From: an uncultured Candidatus Saccharibacteria bacterium | GTDB taxonomy: Bacteria; Patescibacteriota; Minisyncoccia; Phycocordibacterales; UBA1006 | Reading direction: 5' to 3' | Length of the DNA stretch: 64,000 bases | Assembly (NCBI GenBank): GCA_964601935.1 | Contig: CAZROP010000001.1 | Span: 20,127-84,126 of the forward strand | Shown: in pieces, positions 1-9,640 of the stretch | How the letters are laid out: each line of letters begins with the position of its first letter | Numbering within the stretch: position 1 is the stretch's first letter | Notes under the pieces: generated by a model | What the model was told of the DNA's origin: nothing | Databases searched by the model: none | Seen by the model: only the letters and a program-made list of their open reading frames with translations | Translations under genes and position numbers: made by a program

Positions 1-46
1 CCTTTTATCGAATGTTTCTAGGGCTTTATTCATAATCCATCAGAGT

Positions 47-2041
47 TTACTGCAAACTTTCCATCAGAGCAACTGTCTTTGGACCTACAACACCGTCTAC
101 TCGCAGTTTGTGTACCTTTTGGAACATACGTACCACCTGATCTGTCTTGGGTCCGAATCCACCATCATCGAGCATTGGTTTTGGGGTAAGTTTTTGTGTA
201 TTCAAAAATTGCTGCAATGCCCGGACATGTTTTCCTTCCTGTCCTTTTCTCGTTACGCGATTGCGCAGGAGTGAAAAATCAATTGACTCTGACTTGGCAA
301 CTTCTTTTATCAGAGATAGTGCCTTGCTTTTGGTATCTAAAGGAGTAGTTTTCGCCGCAACAACAGAGGGATTGTACGCCCCTCCGCCTCCACCACCTGA
401 CCCTCCAGTATTTGCCTGTGCGCTGACAGTTGCAGTACGTACTACCTGAGCTGCATTATTCCCTGCCGCATCAGCAACATTATATGTTATGGTATATGCA
501 CCAGGTGCGGCAGTATTTATAGAATTCACCACAACAATATCACTCGTGATAGTACCGTCAATATTATCTACTGCTGTCGCACCCTCATTTGTATAGTTGT
601 CGCCAACATTCATTGTCAAATGTGGAGAGCCAAGCAAGGTAATCACAGGAACTGTACGATCGATAATAATACCGCTAGTCCCTGTACCCGCGAGTAAACT
701 GCCATAACTATCCTGATACTGCAACTCTACGGAATATGTTCCCTCTGCCAATGTTGATACACCTCCCACATAGCTGGTAACCGCGGGGCTGCTCGCTATC
801 AGACCGGCGCTATTAGTGGTAAGGGTAAACGTATGATTACCCGCTGCGACATCAGCCAACGTTGCCGTAACAGTAGAAGGTCCTGTAAAAACAAGCTTGA
901 TAGACCCTGCAAGAGGTGTCTCAGGAAGAGCGTAGTTAACGGCGATACTCGTACTGTAGTTGCCTGCAGCAGGGGTAGTTAATGTTGCAAACTCGGTGAT
1001 GTCAGCATACGCGAGCTCTGGATACGTCGAGGTCATATGCCAAACACCAGGGAAACTCCAGGCAGATAATGGCGCATTCCCCTGAACATAGAAGTGAGAA
1101 GTACTATTATTAATAACAGTACACCCTGTACTACCCGTCTGATAGCACTGCGCAGGGTTATCAGGCCTATTGTTCCAGTACACATTAGTAGGAGCAAACA
1201 CTGACCCGCTCCCCGTATTAATCTCTCCCGTCAAACCAAAGTTTGAAGCATTCGCATTAACACTCGTATCCGAAAAGGCATTGTTCACAATAACATCATG
1301 GTCACCTGTAATAATGCCGAACAAGCCACCACTATTACCTCCTCCGCTTATACTACCCGTACTGTATACATTGGTGTACGTACTCGTACCCGATGTCCAG
1401 AAATCTTCTCCTGCAATCCCTGCAACATTTCCTCCTGCACTAGATGAAGCATTAATATTACGCGCATAGCTATTTGTAATTAGACCACTCACGTTACTCA
1501 CAATACCAAACAAGCCTCCAACAACACCATTGGTTCCGCTGATTGTGAGATCATCTACAAATGATGCCGATACATTGGTGTTAGTAATATTACCAATCAG
1601 GCCTCCCACAAAACTATCACCGCTAATAGTACTGTTGCGGAGACCGACTCCCGAGATAGTGCTGTTGTCAGCTGTTCCTATGAGGCCCACATTCTGACTA
1701 CCCGTAATAGTAATATTATCGAATATCACATCCTGAATAGTTGCTCCATTGATATATCCGAATACACCCAGCCATGACGTTCCTGGCTGTGAAATAGTAA
1801 TATTATAAATCTTATGACCATTACCATCGAATGTTCCCGTGAATTTTGCACCAGGATTACCGATGCGTGTGAACGCGCCCGAACAGGTGATGTCGTTCGA
1901 TAATTCGTAACTGAGACCAAGCCCAGAATTTATATTTTGGAATCCTGCACAGTCAGTAATAGCTACTGCAAATGCACTGTGACTAACGCCAAAAAATGCT
2001 GTGATGAAAATAATGCCAAAAAGATAGTGTTTGATATTCAT
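47..2041 (-). CDS. Secreted surface protein: GLUG-like repeats, DUF5011-like Ig domain, Gly linker, C-terminal peptidoglycan-binding domain
   Basis: Signal peptide from MNIKHYLFG (ORF extends to 2086); VGGLIG/VGGLFG repeats; DRTVPVITLLG...YNVADAAGN; C-terminal VRALQQFL..DGGFGPKT..DGVVGPKT. Confidence 0.8.
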   Translation of the reverse strand: MNIKHYLFGIIFITAFFGVSHSAFAVAITDCAGFQNINSGLGLSYELSNDITCSGAFTRIGNPGAKFTGTFDGNGHKIYNITISQPGTSWLGVFGYINGATIQDVIFDNITITGSQNVGLIGTADNSTISGVGLRNSTISGDSFVGGLIGNITNTNVSASFVDDLTISGTNGVVGGLFGIVSNVSGLITNSYARNINASSSAGGNVAGIAGEDFWTSGTSTYTNVYSTGSISGGGNSGGLFGIITGDHDVIVNNAFSDTSVNANASNFGLTGEINTGSGSVFAPTNVYWNNRPDNPAQCYQTGSTGCTVINNSTSHFYVQGNAPLSAWSFPGVWHMTSTYPELAYADITEFATLTTPAAGNYSTSIAVNYALPETPLAGSIKLVFTGPSTVTATLADVAAGNHTFTLTTNSAGLIASSPAVTSYVGGVSTLAEGTYSVELQYQDSYGSLLAGTGTSGIIIDRTVPVITLLGSPHLTMNVGDNYTNEGATAVDNIDGTITSDIVVVNSINTAAPGAYTITYNVADAAGNNAAQVVRTATVSAQANTGGSGGGGGGAYNPSVVAAKTTPLDTKSKALSLIKEVAKSESIDFSLLRNRVTRKGQEGKHVRALQQFLNTQKLTPKPMLDDGGFGPKTDQVVRMFQKVHKLRVDGVVGPKTVALMESLQ

Positions 2042-2197
2042 ATATTTAAAACGAGGAAGTAGATTCATATAGCTATATAGTACCAAACAAAATTAGGTAT
2101 GTATGCAGAGGAATCCACTTTTTAAAGAGACTGTCGCAGAACTGATAAACGATGTGTGCATTTCTATCAGAAAAGTTTGAGCCTCACTTTTCGAAGC

Positions 2198-2395
2198 CTA
2201 ACCGATTGGAGTCGCTTCATGGAAAAACATCTGCCAACCCCCACCAGTCTTTCTCCAATGAGAACTTCTCTGAGAAATAACCTTATCTTTGCCATCAGTA
2301 ATTCTTTCTGTCTTGAATGTCGCGATCGCAATATCATTAGATAGAATATTTACCGCAAAATCACTCATTTGCATTTTGTCGTTTACTTTTTTCAT
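2198..2395 (-). CDS. C-terminal half of a DUF4440/NTF2-like protein, probably truncated
   Basis: RSSHWRKTGGGWQMFFHEAT motif; ATG overlaps the upstream TGA (ATGA); only 65 aa. Confidence 0.55.
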   Translation of the reverse strand: MKKVNDKMQMSDFAVNILSNDIAIATFKTERITDGKDKVISQRSSHWRKTGGGWQMFFHEATPIG

Positions 2396-2841
2396 CGCGT
2401 TACGAGATAATAGACCGAAAGTGCCAATCCACCCCACCAGCCCAGATCAGAAAAAATAAGACTTACCATGATTTTATTCTGCCAAAATTGTGGTAGAAGC
2501 TCTCCGGCCTTGCCCTCCCTTTCTTTTTGCAAAAGATATGGACTTACACAAAAAGAAAGAAACAAACCATTTAAAATAAGTACACCTGCGATAATAGAAA
2601 GAAACAGAGGTATACCAATAAACGATTCATCCCTGAAAAATATAAATCCACCGAGTATCGCAAGAATGATACCAACCCAAATCAAAGGCTTGGTTACTTT
2701 ATGGGTGCGAGTGGTAGCTTCACTCCAATAATTTGATTTTCGTCCTAAAAACCCATGTATATCAATCACCGTCACAGCTCCGAGACCAATAATAAATCCG
2801 GTAATAAAAATAAATAATCCAATAAAGTCTAAATTAATCAT
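2392..2841 (-). CDS. Hypothetical 4-TM membrane protein
   Basis: Four hydrophobic segments; ATGA coupling to both neighbours; N-terminus resembles the protein at 15895-16458. Confidence 0.75.
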   Translation of the reverse strand: MINLDFIGLFIFITGFIIGLGAVTVIDIHGFLGRKSNYWSEATTRTHKVTKPLIWVGIILAILGGFIFFRDESFIGIPLFLSIIAGVLILNGLFLSFCVSPYLLQKEREGKAGELLPQFWQNKIMVSLIFSDLGWWGGLALSVYYLVTR

Positions 2842-3608
2842 ACATTATTTCTGGGCAAAGGAATAAATACACTGGTTTTTTTCTTATATTCAGCAAATTC
2901 TGGGTTCTCTTCCATCTCTTTTTCAAGCATCGGGATGCCAGATACTTTCAAAATTAAGAAGGTTATAGTGATCGGTCCAATAATTCCGAGCCAACCGTTT
3001 GGCACTGACAAAGCGACGAGCCATAGACCCCACCACTGTGTGACCTCTCCAAAATAATTCGGGTGACGAGTATACGCCCAAAGCCCGCTTTGCATAACCT
3101 TGCCCTTGTTATACGGATTTCTAATAAATCGCGCGAGTTGTGCGTCGCCAACAGCTTCAAAATAAAAACCAACAAGCCAAACAGCTACACCGATAGCATC
3201 GAGTATGCCGAACTCAGCTCCTGCACTTTTATTAACAAGCAACACCGGCGTAACAATCAAAAATAAAAACAGACCTTGCAAAAGATATACTTGAAAATAA
3301 GAACGAATGTAAAACCACTTGCCCCATTCTTTGCGCCATGCGAGATAGCGATAATCTTCTGCCCTACCTTTATTCCGTCCATGAATATGCCATGCCAGAC
3401 GCAATCCCCAAATACTCACTAAAGTTCCAACCAACAACCCTCGCACCCCAGAATCATCGGAAATAAAATAAGATACCCAAGCCATAAGTACAAAGCCCAA
3501 TCCCCACGCCACATCGGCAACGTCGTTCCTTTTTTTAAGCAAAGAAACTACAAACCACAGACTCATGTATGCAAACAGTAGTAAAGTAAGAGTTAGATAA
3601 TAACTCAT
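2838..3608 (-). CDS. DUF1295 / steroid 5-alpha-reductase-like membrane protein
   Basis: DVAWGLGF, WGLRL, EDYRY, GLWAYTRHPNYFGE and SGIPMLE motifs. Confidence 0.9.
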   Translation of the reverse strand: MSYYLTLTLLLFAYMSLWFVVSLLKKRNDVADVAWGLGFVLMAWVSYFISDDSGVRGLLVGTLVSIWGLRLAWHIHGRNKGRAEDYRYLAWRKEWGKWFYIRSYFQVYLLQGLFLFLIVTPVLLVNKSAGAEFGILDAIGVAVWLVGFYFEAVGDAQLARFIRNPYNKGKVMQSGLWAYTRHPNYFGEVTQWWGLWLVALSVPNGWLGIIGPITITFLILKVSGIPMLEKEMEENPEFAEYKKKTSVFIPLPRNNV

Positions 3609-4003
3609 AAACCGATTTTAGTTGCGATGAAATAAGCAATAATTGATACAGAACCCGCAATTACTGCGCCCCAAGCCAGGTCAACAATAGTTACCAAAAG
3701 CGGCCAATCCTTTGCAACAGCCAGATTGGTCAGGTCATAGGTCGCATAGCAAACAAAGCCAAACAGCGCCCCAAAAAGAAGGGCATGTGTCCACGATCCT
3801 TTTTCCATAGCCGGCGAGATCACAAATACCACAAGACCTGCAATAAATATCAAATAGAAAATAATAGCTGCGGTCCAGTTCACATCACTCTTCATAAGTG
3901 TGCCAATCTGCCCACGGTAAAAATCATTGGCTACAAGCCCGAGCCATACCATGTCTATGGCAAAGAAAACTGGAAGTGCGATTGCATAAAGTTTTATAAA
4001 CAT
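3605..4003 (-). CDS. DUF2177 family membrane protein
   Basis: IDMVWL, GALFG, YATYDLTNLA and DLAWG motifs. Confidence 0.9.
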   Translation of the reverse strand: MFIKLYAIALPVFFAIDMVWLGLVANDFYRGQIGTLMKSDVNWTAAIIFYLIFIAGLVVFVISPAMEKGSWTHALLFGALFGFVCYATYDLTNLAVAKDWPLLVTIVDLAWGAVIAGSVSIIAYFIATKIGL

Positions 4004-4004
4004 A

Positions 4005-4409
4005 TTATTTATTGAGATACGTAATTGTTAATTGAAGACACATCGCAAATGTTCCCCAGAGAAGATATGGAATGTTGGCGTAAACGACCCAACGGAGTTC
4101 GGGCACACTGTTCCACACTGCAGAGAGTGCCCAGATGAGTGTTCCGACGACGAGCACGATGTCTACTGCAGCGAGAAGATTATTTTTCAAACCAAATTGA
4201 ATTGGAGTGAAAGCGAAGTTGAAAATTAGGTTGAGAATAAAAGGCAAAGCCACCACCCACGAAATCTCTTTGGTGAAAACCTTGTAAAAAACAGTGCCGA
4301 AAGACACGGCAATAATCGCATACAACACCGTCCACACCGGCCCAAAAAGCCAGCTCGGTGGCGCTCATGTTGGTTTAATTAATTGTGAATACCAGTTGTA
4401 TGTATTCAT
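4005..4409 (-). pseudogene. tspO: TspO/MBR tryptophan-rich sensory protein with an in-frame TGA at 4365-4367
   Basis: From ATG 4409 it reads MNTYNWYSQLIKPT*APPSWLFGPVWTVLY; the stop sits at the W of the KPxWxPPxWxFxPVW motif; C-terminal PYLLW motif present. Confidence 0.8.
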
Positions 4410-4444
4410 ATATTTATCTTAACACTTTTCTAACAAAAATATTC

Positions 4445-4626
4445 CTACCCCTTATTCCCTTAAGGGGAAACGCAGGTAAAGTACTGCCCTTGTTAGGCAG
4501 GTGAATTGATTCCGATACTAAATTGTCTCTGCGGAGGATCTGGGTTAAGTGCCCACAGGTAAATCCTTGTAAGGGTATTCTAGCACCTTTTGGTTGGATC
4601 AATTTAGGTAAGTGGGTCAGGGGTAG
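4445..4626 (+). ncRNA. Candidate multi-stem structured RNA between the tspO operon and the Shedu gene
   Basis: Closing helix CTACCCCT/AGGGGTAG extended by G-U pairs; inner helix AATTGAT..CCGA/TTGG ATCAATT; four small hairpins; four AGGT(A/G)A motifs. Confidence 0.45.
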
Positions 4627-4661
4627 TAAATCCAGCTATTTTCATTATTATAGATAATATT

Positions 4662-5873
4662 ATGGATACTCAACAGCTAGAAAGCAATAATTACTCAAAG
4701 AATAAATCAACAGAAAAGACATACGTTGGTAAGGAGCTCAGAGTAAAAAATGCAGATGGCTCTACTTCAGAAAAGAGATATGTGACAAAAGTATTTGATA
4801 TCGAGGATTTTCAAGAATACTATAAAGATTTAAAAAACAAAGGAATCTTAAAAGTTTTGAGAGAGGGAGAAAGACAAGAAGTTGTAGCAATTGTAGATAA
4901 AGAAGAGAGAAGTTTTTCTTTACGAATTCAGAGGTTTACAAAGGAAACTGGTATGCCTCACTCCCAATCATTTAGTTTCCATAGCGGAGCACTTATAAAA
5001 CTTATTGAGTTTATTGATTCACTTGGCTTTATTGATTTCAGCAACAAAAGCTATTTCAGTTTACATGACACAGAGATTAAGAAACAAAAACAATTCTGGC
5101 TAAATAATACAGAGGTGCTCCAATACATTGAAAGATTCGATTCAAGTTTGTTGAAAAAGATCTTTGAAAAGATTCAAGATGAAAAAAAGCTGAAAATAAT
5201 CCTTGATTCTCTTTCTAGTGTTGAAATTGAACATCTTGAAGCATCAATAAAGCAAGCAGCGTATAAAACAGCCCTTGAAGATCTAAAGAGCATGATTAGT
5301 TTTGAGCAGGATAAAACAAAGAGTATTGTTGAAGAAGTAAAAAAAGATGAACGACTTAATAAATATTCTGCAGGTCAACCAGAAAAAATTTTTCAGAATT
5401 GGATTGAAGCCAATTTATGGATATTTGGGATTGAATACTATAAAAAGCACAATTGGAGAATTATTGATTCAACTCCTAATGAAAATTCTGAGGCTGACTT
5501 AGTAATGGAGACAATGGATGGATACGTTGACCTAATAGAACTAAAACGGCCAAGGACAAAATCAGACAAAATATTATCTTATGACATTGATCATAAAAGT
5601 TTTTTCCCAGCCAGAGATCTTTCTTTAGCATTAGGTCAGTGTTTACATTATTTAAAAAAACTAGATGAGCAAAAAGTCACAATCGAAAAGAAAAATAGTA
5701 CGAAAGTGCTACGACCACGAGTAAAGTTAATAATTGGAAGAAGTGCTGATTTTGACTCAGATGAATATGATGCTTTGAGAATGATTAATTCAAATTTGAG
5801 TCATGTCCAAATTATTACTTACGATGACTTGGTAAAGAACGGGGAATTGATTCTTTCTTATTATAGAAAATAA
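4662..5873 (+). CDS. sduA: Shedu-type anti-phage nuclease (DUF4263) with variable N-terminal domain
   Basis: EKIFQNWIEANLWIFG, ADLVM..DG..LIELKRP, ALGQCLHYL, KLIIGRS and IITYDDL motifs; AT-rich; next to a tRNA 3' end. Confidence 0.85.
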   Translation: MDTQQLESNNYSKNKSTEKTYVGKELRVKNADGSTSEKRYVTKVFDIEDFQEYYKDLKNKGILKVLREGERQEVVAIVDKEERSFSLRIQRFTKETGMPHSQSFSFHSGALIKLIEFIDSLGFIDFSNKSYFSLHDTEIKKQKQFWLNNTEVLQYIERFDSSLLKKIFEKIQDEKKLKIILDSLSSVEIEHLEASIKQAAYKTALEDLKSMISFEQDKTKSIVEEVKKDERLNKYSAGQPEKIFQNWIEANLWIFGIEYYKKHNWRIIDSTPNENSEADLVMETMDGYVDLIELKRPRTKSDKILSYDIDHKSFFPARDLSLALGQCLHYLKKLDEQKVTIEKKNSTKVLRPRVKLIIGRSADFDSDEYDALRMINSNLSHVQIITYDDLVKNGELILSYYRK

Positions 5874-5901
5874 GTCACGTCTTCAATCGCTGTTTTAAAA
5901 T

Positions 5902-5938
5902 TACAAAAACACGCAGAATGGAGCCGCGTGTTTTTGTA
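5902..5938. terminator. Bidirectional intrinsic terminator between sduA and tRNA-Ser
   Basis: TACAAAAACACGC/GCGTGTTTTTGTA inverted repeat between convergent genes. Confidence 0.7.
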
Positions 5939-5969
5939 GTATTCGGGTCACTCCGATACTTAGCTCTAT

Positions 5970-6057
5970 TGGCGGAGACGATGGGATTCGAACCCATGGG
6001 GCTGTTACGCCCACCTCCTTAGCAAGGAGGCACAATCGGCCACTCTGACACGTCTCC
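5970..6057 (-). tRNA. tRNA-Ser(GCT), CCA encoded
   Basis: GGAGACG/CGTCTCC acceptor stem; anticodon arm CCTCC-TTGCTAA-GGAGG; long variable arm; GGTTCGAATCC. Confidence 0.95.
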
Positions 6058-6145
6058 GTATACCCATCAGTATACATAATTTTGCCCAACCTGCACGCAG
6101 CCAGGCGCTACTAAAAATACTTACGAGGGGTATCTGGATGTAGGA

Positions 6146-6604
6146 TTATACTGCTGATTCTGCGAGGTCCTTTAGCTTCTGCAGAGCACGTGGCCACATT
6201 TCGCTGAACATAACGGAGTATTCTTCGTTGGAATCCATGTCTATGCGCACCTCTGTTGTGTCACCGTTATTGACGAAGGTATAATTCTCGAAAGCTGGTG
6301 TCCACTTTTTGACTTCATCACTGGTGGTGTCTTCGACCCCGTTTGCTATCATACCTAGATGTTCGATAGAGATAAATTCATACTGTCGGTTATCAGCGAT
6401 CCTGGCCACCATGCCACCTTCACCACTACCATCAGGATTAGGTCCGAGAAACAAAATCTTTGATCCCGGGCTCCAATCACCCTGATAATATGATCCTTCG
6501 TTAAAGGGTACAGTCCATTGTCGATACGTCTCGTCACCCAACATAGTGTTCCATACTGTCTCGACAGGCGCATCTATAGTAATTGTAAAATGTAGTTTTT
6601 CCAT
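6146..6604 (-). CDS. SRPBCC/AHSA1-like domain protein
   Basis: ITIDAPVETVWNTM..YRQW N-terminus and WPRALQKLKDLAE C-terminus. Confidence 0.85.
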   Translation of the reverse strand: MEKLHFTITIDAPVETVWNTMLGDETYRQWTVPFNEGSYYQGDWSPGSKILFLGPNPDGSGEGGMVARIADNRQYEFISIEHLGMIANGVEDTTSDEVKKWTPAFENYTFVNNGDTTEVRIDMDSNEEYSVMFSEMWPRALQKLKDLAESAV

Positions 6605-6672
6605 ATAAATTTAGCGTTACAAGTAATATAGATCTAGTATATCATTACTCATCTCAAATTACCCGATTACCT

Positions 6673-7137
6673 CTAGAGAATCTCAGACCTTATGTGCTTC
6701 ATCTTTTTCCAATCAATCTCCTCTGTATTTCCTTGTGCATCAACGAAGAATAGATAAAGGTTTAGTTTATCCATTACATCAAAAGGTAACTTCTTAATAA
6801 TCATTTTTCTAAAAGACACCGGAAAGGCAATTCCATATTTGTAACCATACTTGTACGCTCGCTTGCCTTTGCGATGCATTCTGGTAATTATTTGACCAAG
6901 TGCAGAATTAAAACTACTACTTCTGCTACCCCCAGGACTTTTCACAATAGCAGAAGGATCTCCTTTTGCTTCTATTAACCAGTAACGAGAAAACTTATTA
7001 TTCCTTACTTTAATGTCAACGCCATGCTCCCACAATTCGGCACTCTGCAAAGATTTACTCCAGCCTTGTGCTTCGAGATACTGCACTACACACCTTTGCA
7101 CGAAGTCCTCTTTGATAATTTTAGCGGATTCTGACAT
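6673..7137 (-). CDS. PD-(D/E)xK restriction-endonuclease-like protein
   Basis: E..VQ..V..YL, HGVDI, LIEAKG and ALGQII.RM motifs; lies directly 3' of tRNA-Ser(TGA). Confidence 0.7.
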   Translation of the reverse strand: MSESAKIIKEDFVQRCVVQYLEAQGWSKSLQSAELWEHGVDIKVRNNKFSRYWLIEAKGDPSAIVKSPGGSRSSSFNSALGQIITRMHRKGKRAYKYGYKYGIAFPVSFRKMIIKKLPFDVMDKLNLYLFFVDAQGNTEEIDWKKMKHIRSEIL

Positions 7138-7175
7138 GTGTTATCGAGTGATATATCTAAAACACTAAATCATGT

Positions 7176-7263
7176 TGGCGGAGGGAGCGAGATTCGAACT
7201 CGCGAAGAGTTTCCCCTTGCCGGTTTTCAAGACCGGTGCCTTCAACCACTCGGCCATCCCTCC
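7176..7263 (-). tRNA. tRNA-Ser(TGA), CCA encoded
   Basis: GGAGGGA/TCCCTCC acceptor stem; CCGGT-CTTGAAA-ACCGG anticodon arm; long variable arm. Confidence 0.95.
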
Positions 7264-7328
7264 ATCTGTGCCGTATTCGACAACGCAAAAAGTATACCAG
7301 ATTTTCCGAAATACGCTATACTAAAAAT

Positions 7329-8459
7329 ATGCGTATTATTGCTATTATATTTGCCCTGGCCCTCATAACTACGCCCTGCCTGACCTCTGCATCAGCTAAT
7401 ATAGAATATTTACGGGGTGTTATTATTTCAACTCAAGAAGACGTCAACGAACAGTCTATTAATGGAGATACTATATATCGTGCGCAGATCCAAACGCAAT
7501 CAGGAGTCATCGAGGCAGAAAACGAGCTCGGGATTCTGGAACCTGGAGACAGGGTCATCGTTAGAACAGAACAAGTCCCTAATTATGATGACGAGACTGC
7601 CGGAAGCTCGGAAACTGTTTACAGCATTTACGAACGTGACCGAATAATTCCGCTCATCGCGCTCGCTCTCGTGTTTGCAGGTGCGGTTATCAGCCTGGGC
7701 GTACGTCAGGGTCTGCGCGCACTATCTGCGCTGGCTGGTACATTATTCGTAATATTTGGTATATATATCCCCTCACTATTAGCTGGCTTCTCGCCTCTGA
7801 CCACCAGTATTATCATGGGGCTTCTGATTGCAGGGTGTGCTGTATTTATCACCCATGGATTCAAACGATCTTCTGCTGTTGCCTATGGTAGTACGGTACT
7901 GTCTGTTATCGTTGCTGTTATTATTGCAATGATTGCTATTCACGCATCAGGACTGACAGGTGCTACCAGTGACGAGGTTACATTTTTGGCTGCGACGAGC
8001 GTGCGCGCATTTGATTTTATCGGCATTATGATTGGTGGCGTTATCATTGCGATGCTCGGCGTACTAGATGATATCGCAATTACGCAGGTTGCGGTAGTGG
8101 AAGAATTAAAGCGATCAAAGCCTAACTCAACATTCACGGAATTGTATCGTGCTGCGCTACGGGTAGGGCGTGATCATGCAGGCGCGTTGGTGAATACATT
8201 AGTGCTGGCATATGCAGGAACATCTCTACCGCTGCTGTTATTGTTACAGTCTCAGAACCTGGATACATTCGTTGTGATTAACCAAGAACAATTTGCATTC
8301 GAGATCATCAGATCGCTATCGGGCAGTATCGGGCTCGTTGCATGTGTGCCTATCGCTACCCTACTGGCAATATACCTTACCAGACCCTGTGACCATAACC
8401 ACACGACTGATGGATGTCCACACTGTATGACAAAACTATCTAGCACAAACCAGAGTTAA
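7329..8459 (+). CDS. YibE/F family membrane protein
   Basis: LGVLDDIAITQ, VGRDH, NTLVLAYAGTSLPL and EIIRSL.GSIG motifs; TATACT 6 nt before ATG 7329. Confidence 0.9.
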   Translation: MRIIAIIFALALITTPCLTSASANIEYLRGVIISTQEDVNEQSINGDTIYRAQIQTQSGVIEAENELGILEPGDRVIVRTEQVPNYDDETAGSSETVYSIYERDRIIPLIALALVFAGAVISLGVRQGLRALSALAGTLFVIFGIYIPSLLAGFSPLTTSIIMGLLIAGCAVFITHGFKRSSAVAYGSTVLSVIVAVIIAMIAIHASGLTGATSDEVTFLAATSVRAFDFIGIMIGGVIIAMLGVLDDIAITQVAVVEELKRSKPNSTFTELYRAALRVGRDHAGALVNTLVLAYAGTSLPLLLLLQSQNLDTFVVINQEQFAFEIIRSLSGSIGLVACVPIATLLAIYLTRPCDHNHTTDGCPHCMTKLSSTNQS

Positions 8460-8501
8460 CACATATCCTCCGTAAATATAAAAATGAAAAACACAAATAG
8501 A

Positions 8502-9014
8502 TTATGGCGAGACTCCGAACAACTGAAGCAGTGGGATAGCTATTGGGTCAGCTGCTGCTCCATAAACCATCACGCCCCCGAATACACCTGTAACAACAAG
8601 AGCCACTAGACCTAGTACCGACAGTAGAACAGTAATAATTCTAGTGTCGACAAATGCTGCAATCATATACAATAATCGAATCACCGTATAGCGGTTCAAA
8701 TTAGAGTATCTCCTGTGTATATACTCAACAATTACAGAACCTAGTAGTATTCCATAAAATAACTGAACGAGGGAGGCGAACGTTTCGTGGAGCTCCAGCA
8801 GATCGTGCTGAGGATTATTTAAACCAGCAGCAACCTCGCCAGTAACCGCGCCGGCTAAAGAACCTAGAAAACCTATACATAATAGTAATGTTTTTATTTG
8901 TGTCCATGCAATCTTTGGAAACCACCTGTGTAGCGGAAGTATTTGCAGCAAAGAGTAAATACACAATAGAGCAACTGGAAAATGGACCACTAGAGGGTGA
9001 AAGTCATATGTCAT
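8502..9014 (-). CDS. DUF2231-like membrane protein
   Basis: HPLVVHFPVAL, TGEVA, HE..A and TG.FGG.MVY motifs. Confidence 0.8.
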   Translation of the reverse strand: MTYDFHPLVVHFPVALLCIYSLLQILPLHRWFPKIAWTQIKTLLLCIGFLGSLAGAVTGEVAAGLNNPQHDLLELHETFASLVQLFYGILLGSVIVEYIHRRYSNLNRYTVIRLLYMIAAFVDTRIITVLLSVLGLVALVVTGVFGGVMVYGAAADPIAIPLLQLFGVSP

Positions 9015-9043
9015 ATACTCCTTAGTGTACTCCTATTCCCCTA

Positions 9044-9084
9044 TATAGCAAAACCGCCTCTGGCATAGAGACGGTTTTGCTATA
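9044..9084 (-). terminator. Intrinsic terminator after rplE
   Basis: TATAGCAAAACCG..CGGTTTTGCTATA stem just after the rplE stop. Confidence 0.75.
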
Positions 9085-9100
9085 ACCAAACAAATACTTG

Positions 9101-9637
9101 TTACTTTTTGAACGGTACTCCGATATGATCGAAAAATGCCATTGCTTCATCACGATTGCGTGCGGTTGTAACCACATTGATCGCGAGTCCGAATATATCT
9201 TTCAGATCTTCTTCTGCACATTCTGGAAAAATAGAATGCTCTCGGATACCGATAGTGAGGTTACCCATACTATCTACCGCTGTACGGTTCAGTCCACGGA
9301 AGTCCTTTGTACGAGGTAATGTGATGTGGATGAGCTTCTCTAGGAACTCCTGCATCTTTTTACCACGTAGTGTTACTACCTGACCTACTTCATCACCCTG
9401 ACGGATTTTGAATCCTGCAATTGATTTCTTTGCAGTACGGGGAGAGGGCTTCTGTCCTGTAATACGCGCCAAACGATCTGCAACCAATGTATGAACTGTT
9501 TTATCGAAACGTGCACGCTTGCCTGTTCCAACTGATATCAGTATCTTTGTTATTTTTGGTGCAGCTAGCTTGTTCGTGTATCCGAACTTACCCCTCAAAG
9601 CTTCGTATGCCGAATTAATTTTGTCTGAGACTATCAT
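9101..9637 (-). CDS. rplE: 50S ribosomal protein L5
   Basis: ITGQKP..AKKSIAGFKIRQG..VTLRG and PRTKDFRGL motifs. Confidence 0.97.
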   Translation of the reverse strand: MIVSDKINSAYEALRGKFGYTNKLAAPKITKILISVGTGKRARFDKTVHTLVADRLARITGQKPSPRTAKKSIAGFKIRQGDEVGQVVTLRGKKMQEFLEKLIHITLPRTKDFRGLNRTAVDSMGNLTIGIREHSIFPECAEEDLKDIFGLAINVVTTARNRDEAMAFFDHIGVPFKK

Positions 9638-9640
9638 ATA

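Noticed and set aside
2127-2141. GAGACTGTCGCAGAA resembling an IS terminal inverted repeat
   Set aside because: No partner end or transposase was found, and it is too short to support.
4414-4602. 62-aa minus-strand ORF upstream of tspO
   Set aside because: No recognisable protein features; the region is better explained as structured non-coding sequence.
5874-5969. tRNA-linked antisense element after tRNA-Ser(GCT), tRNA-Ser(TGA) or tRNA-Ala
   Set aside because: No core motif or convincing antisense copy; only ordinary hairpins or a gene follow these tRNAs.
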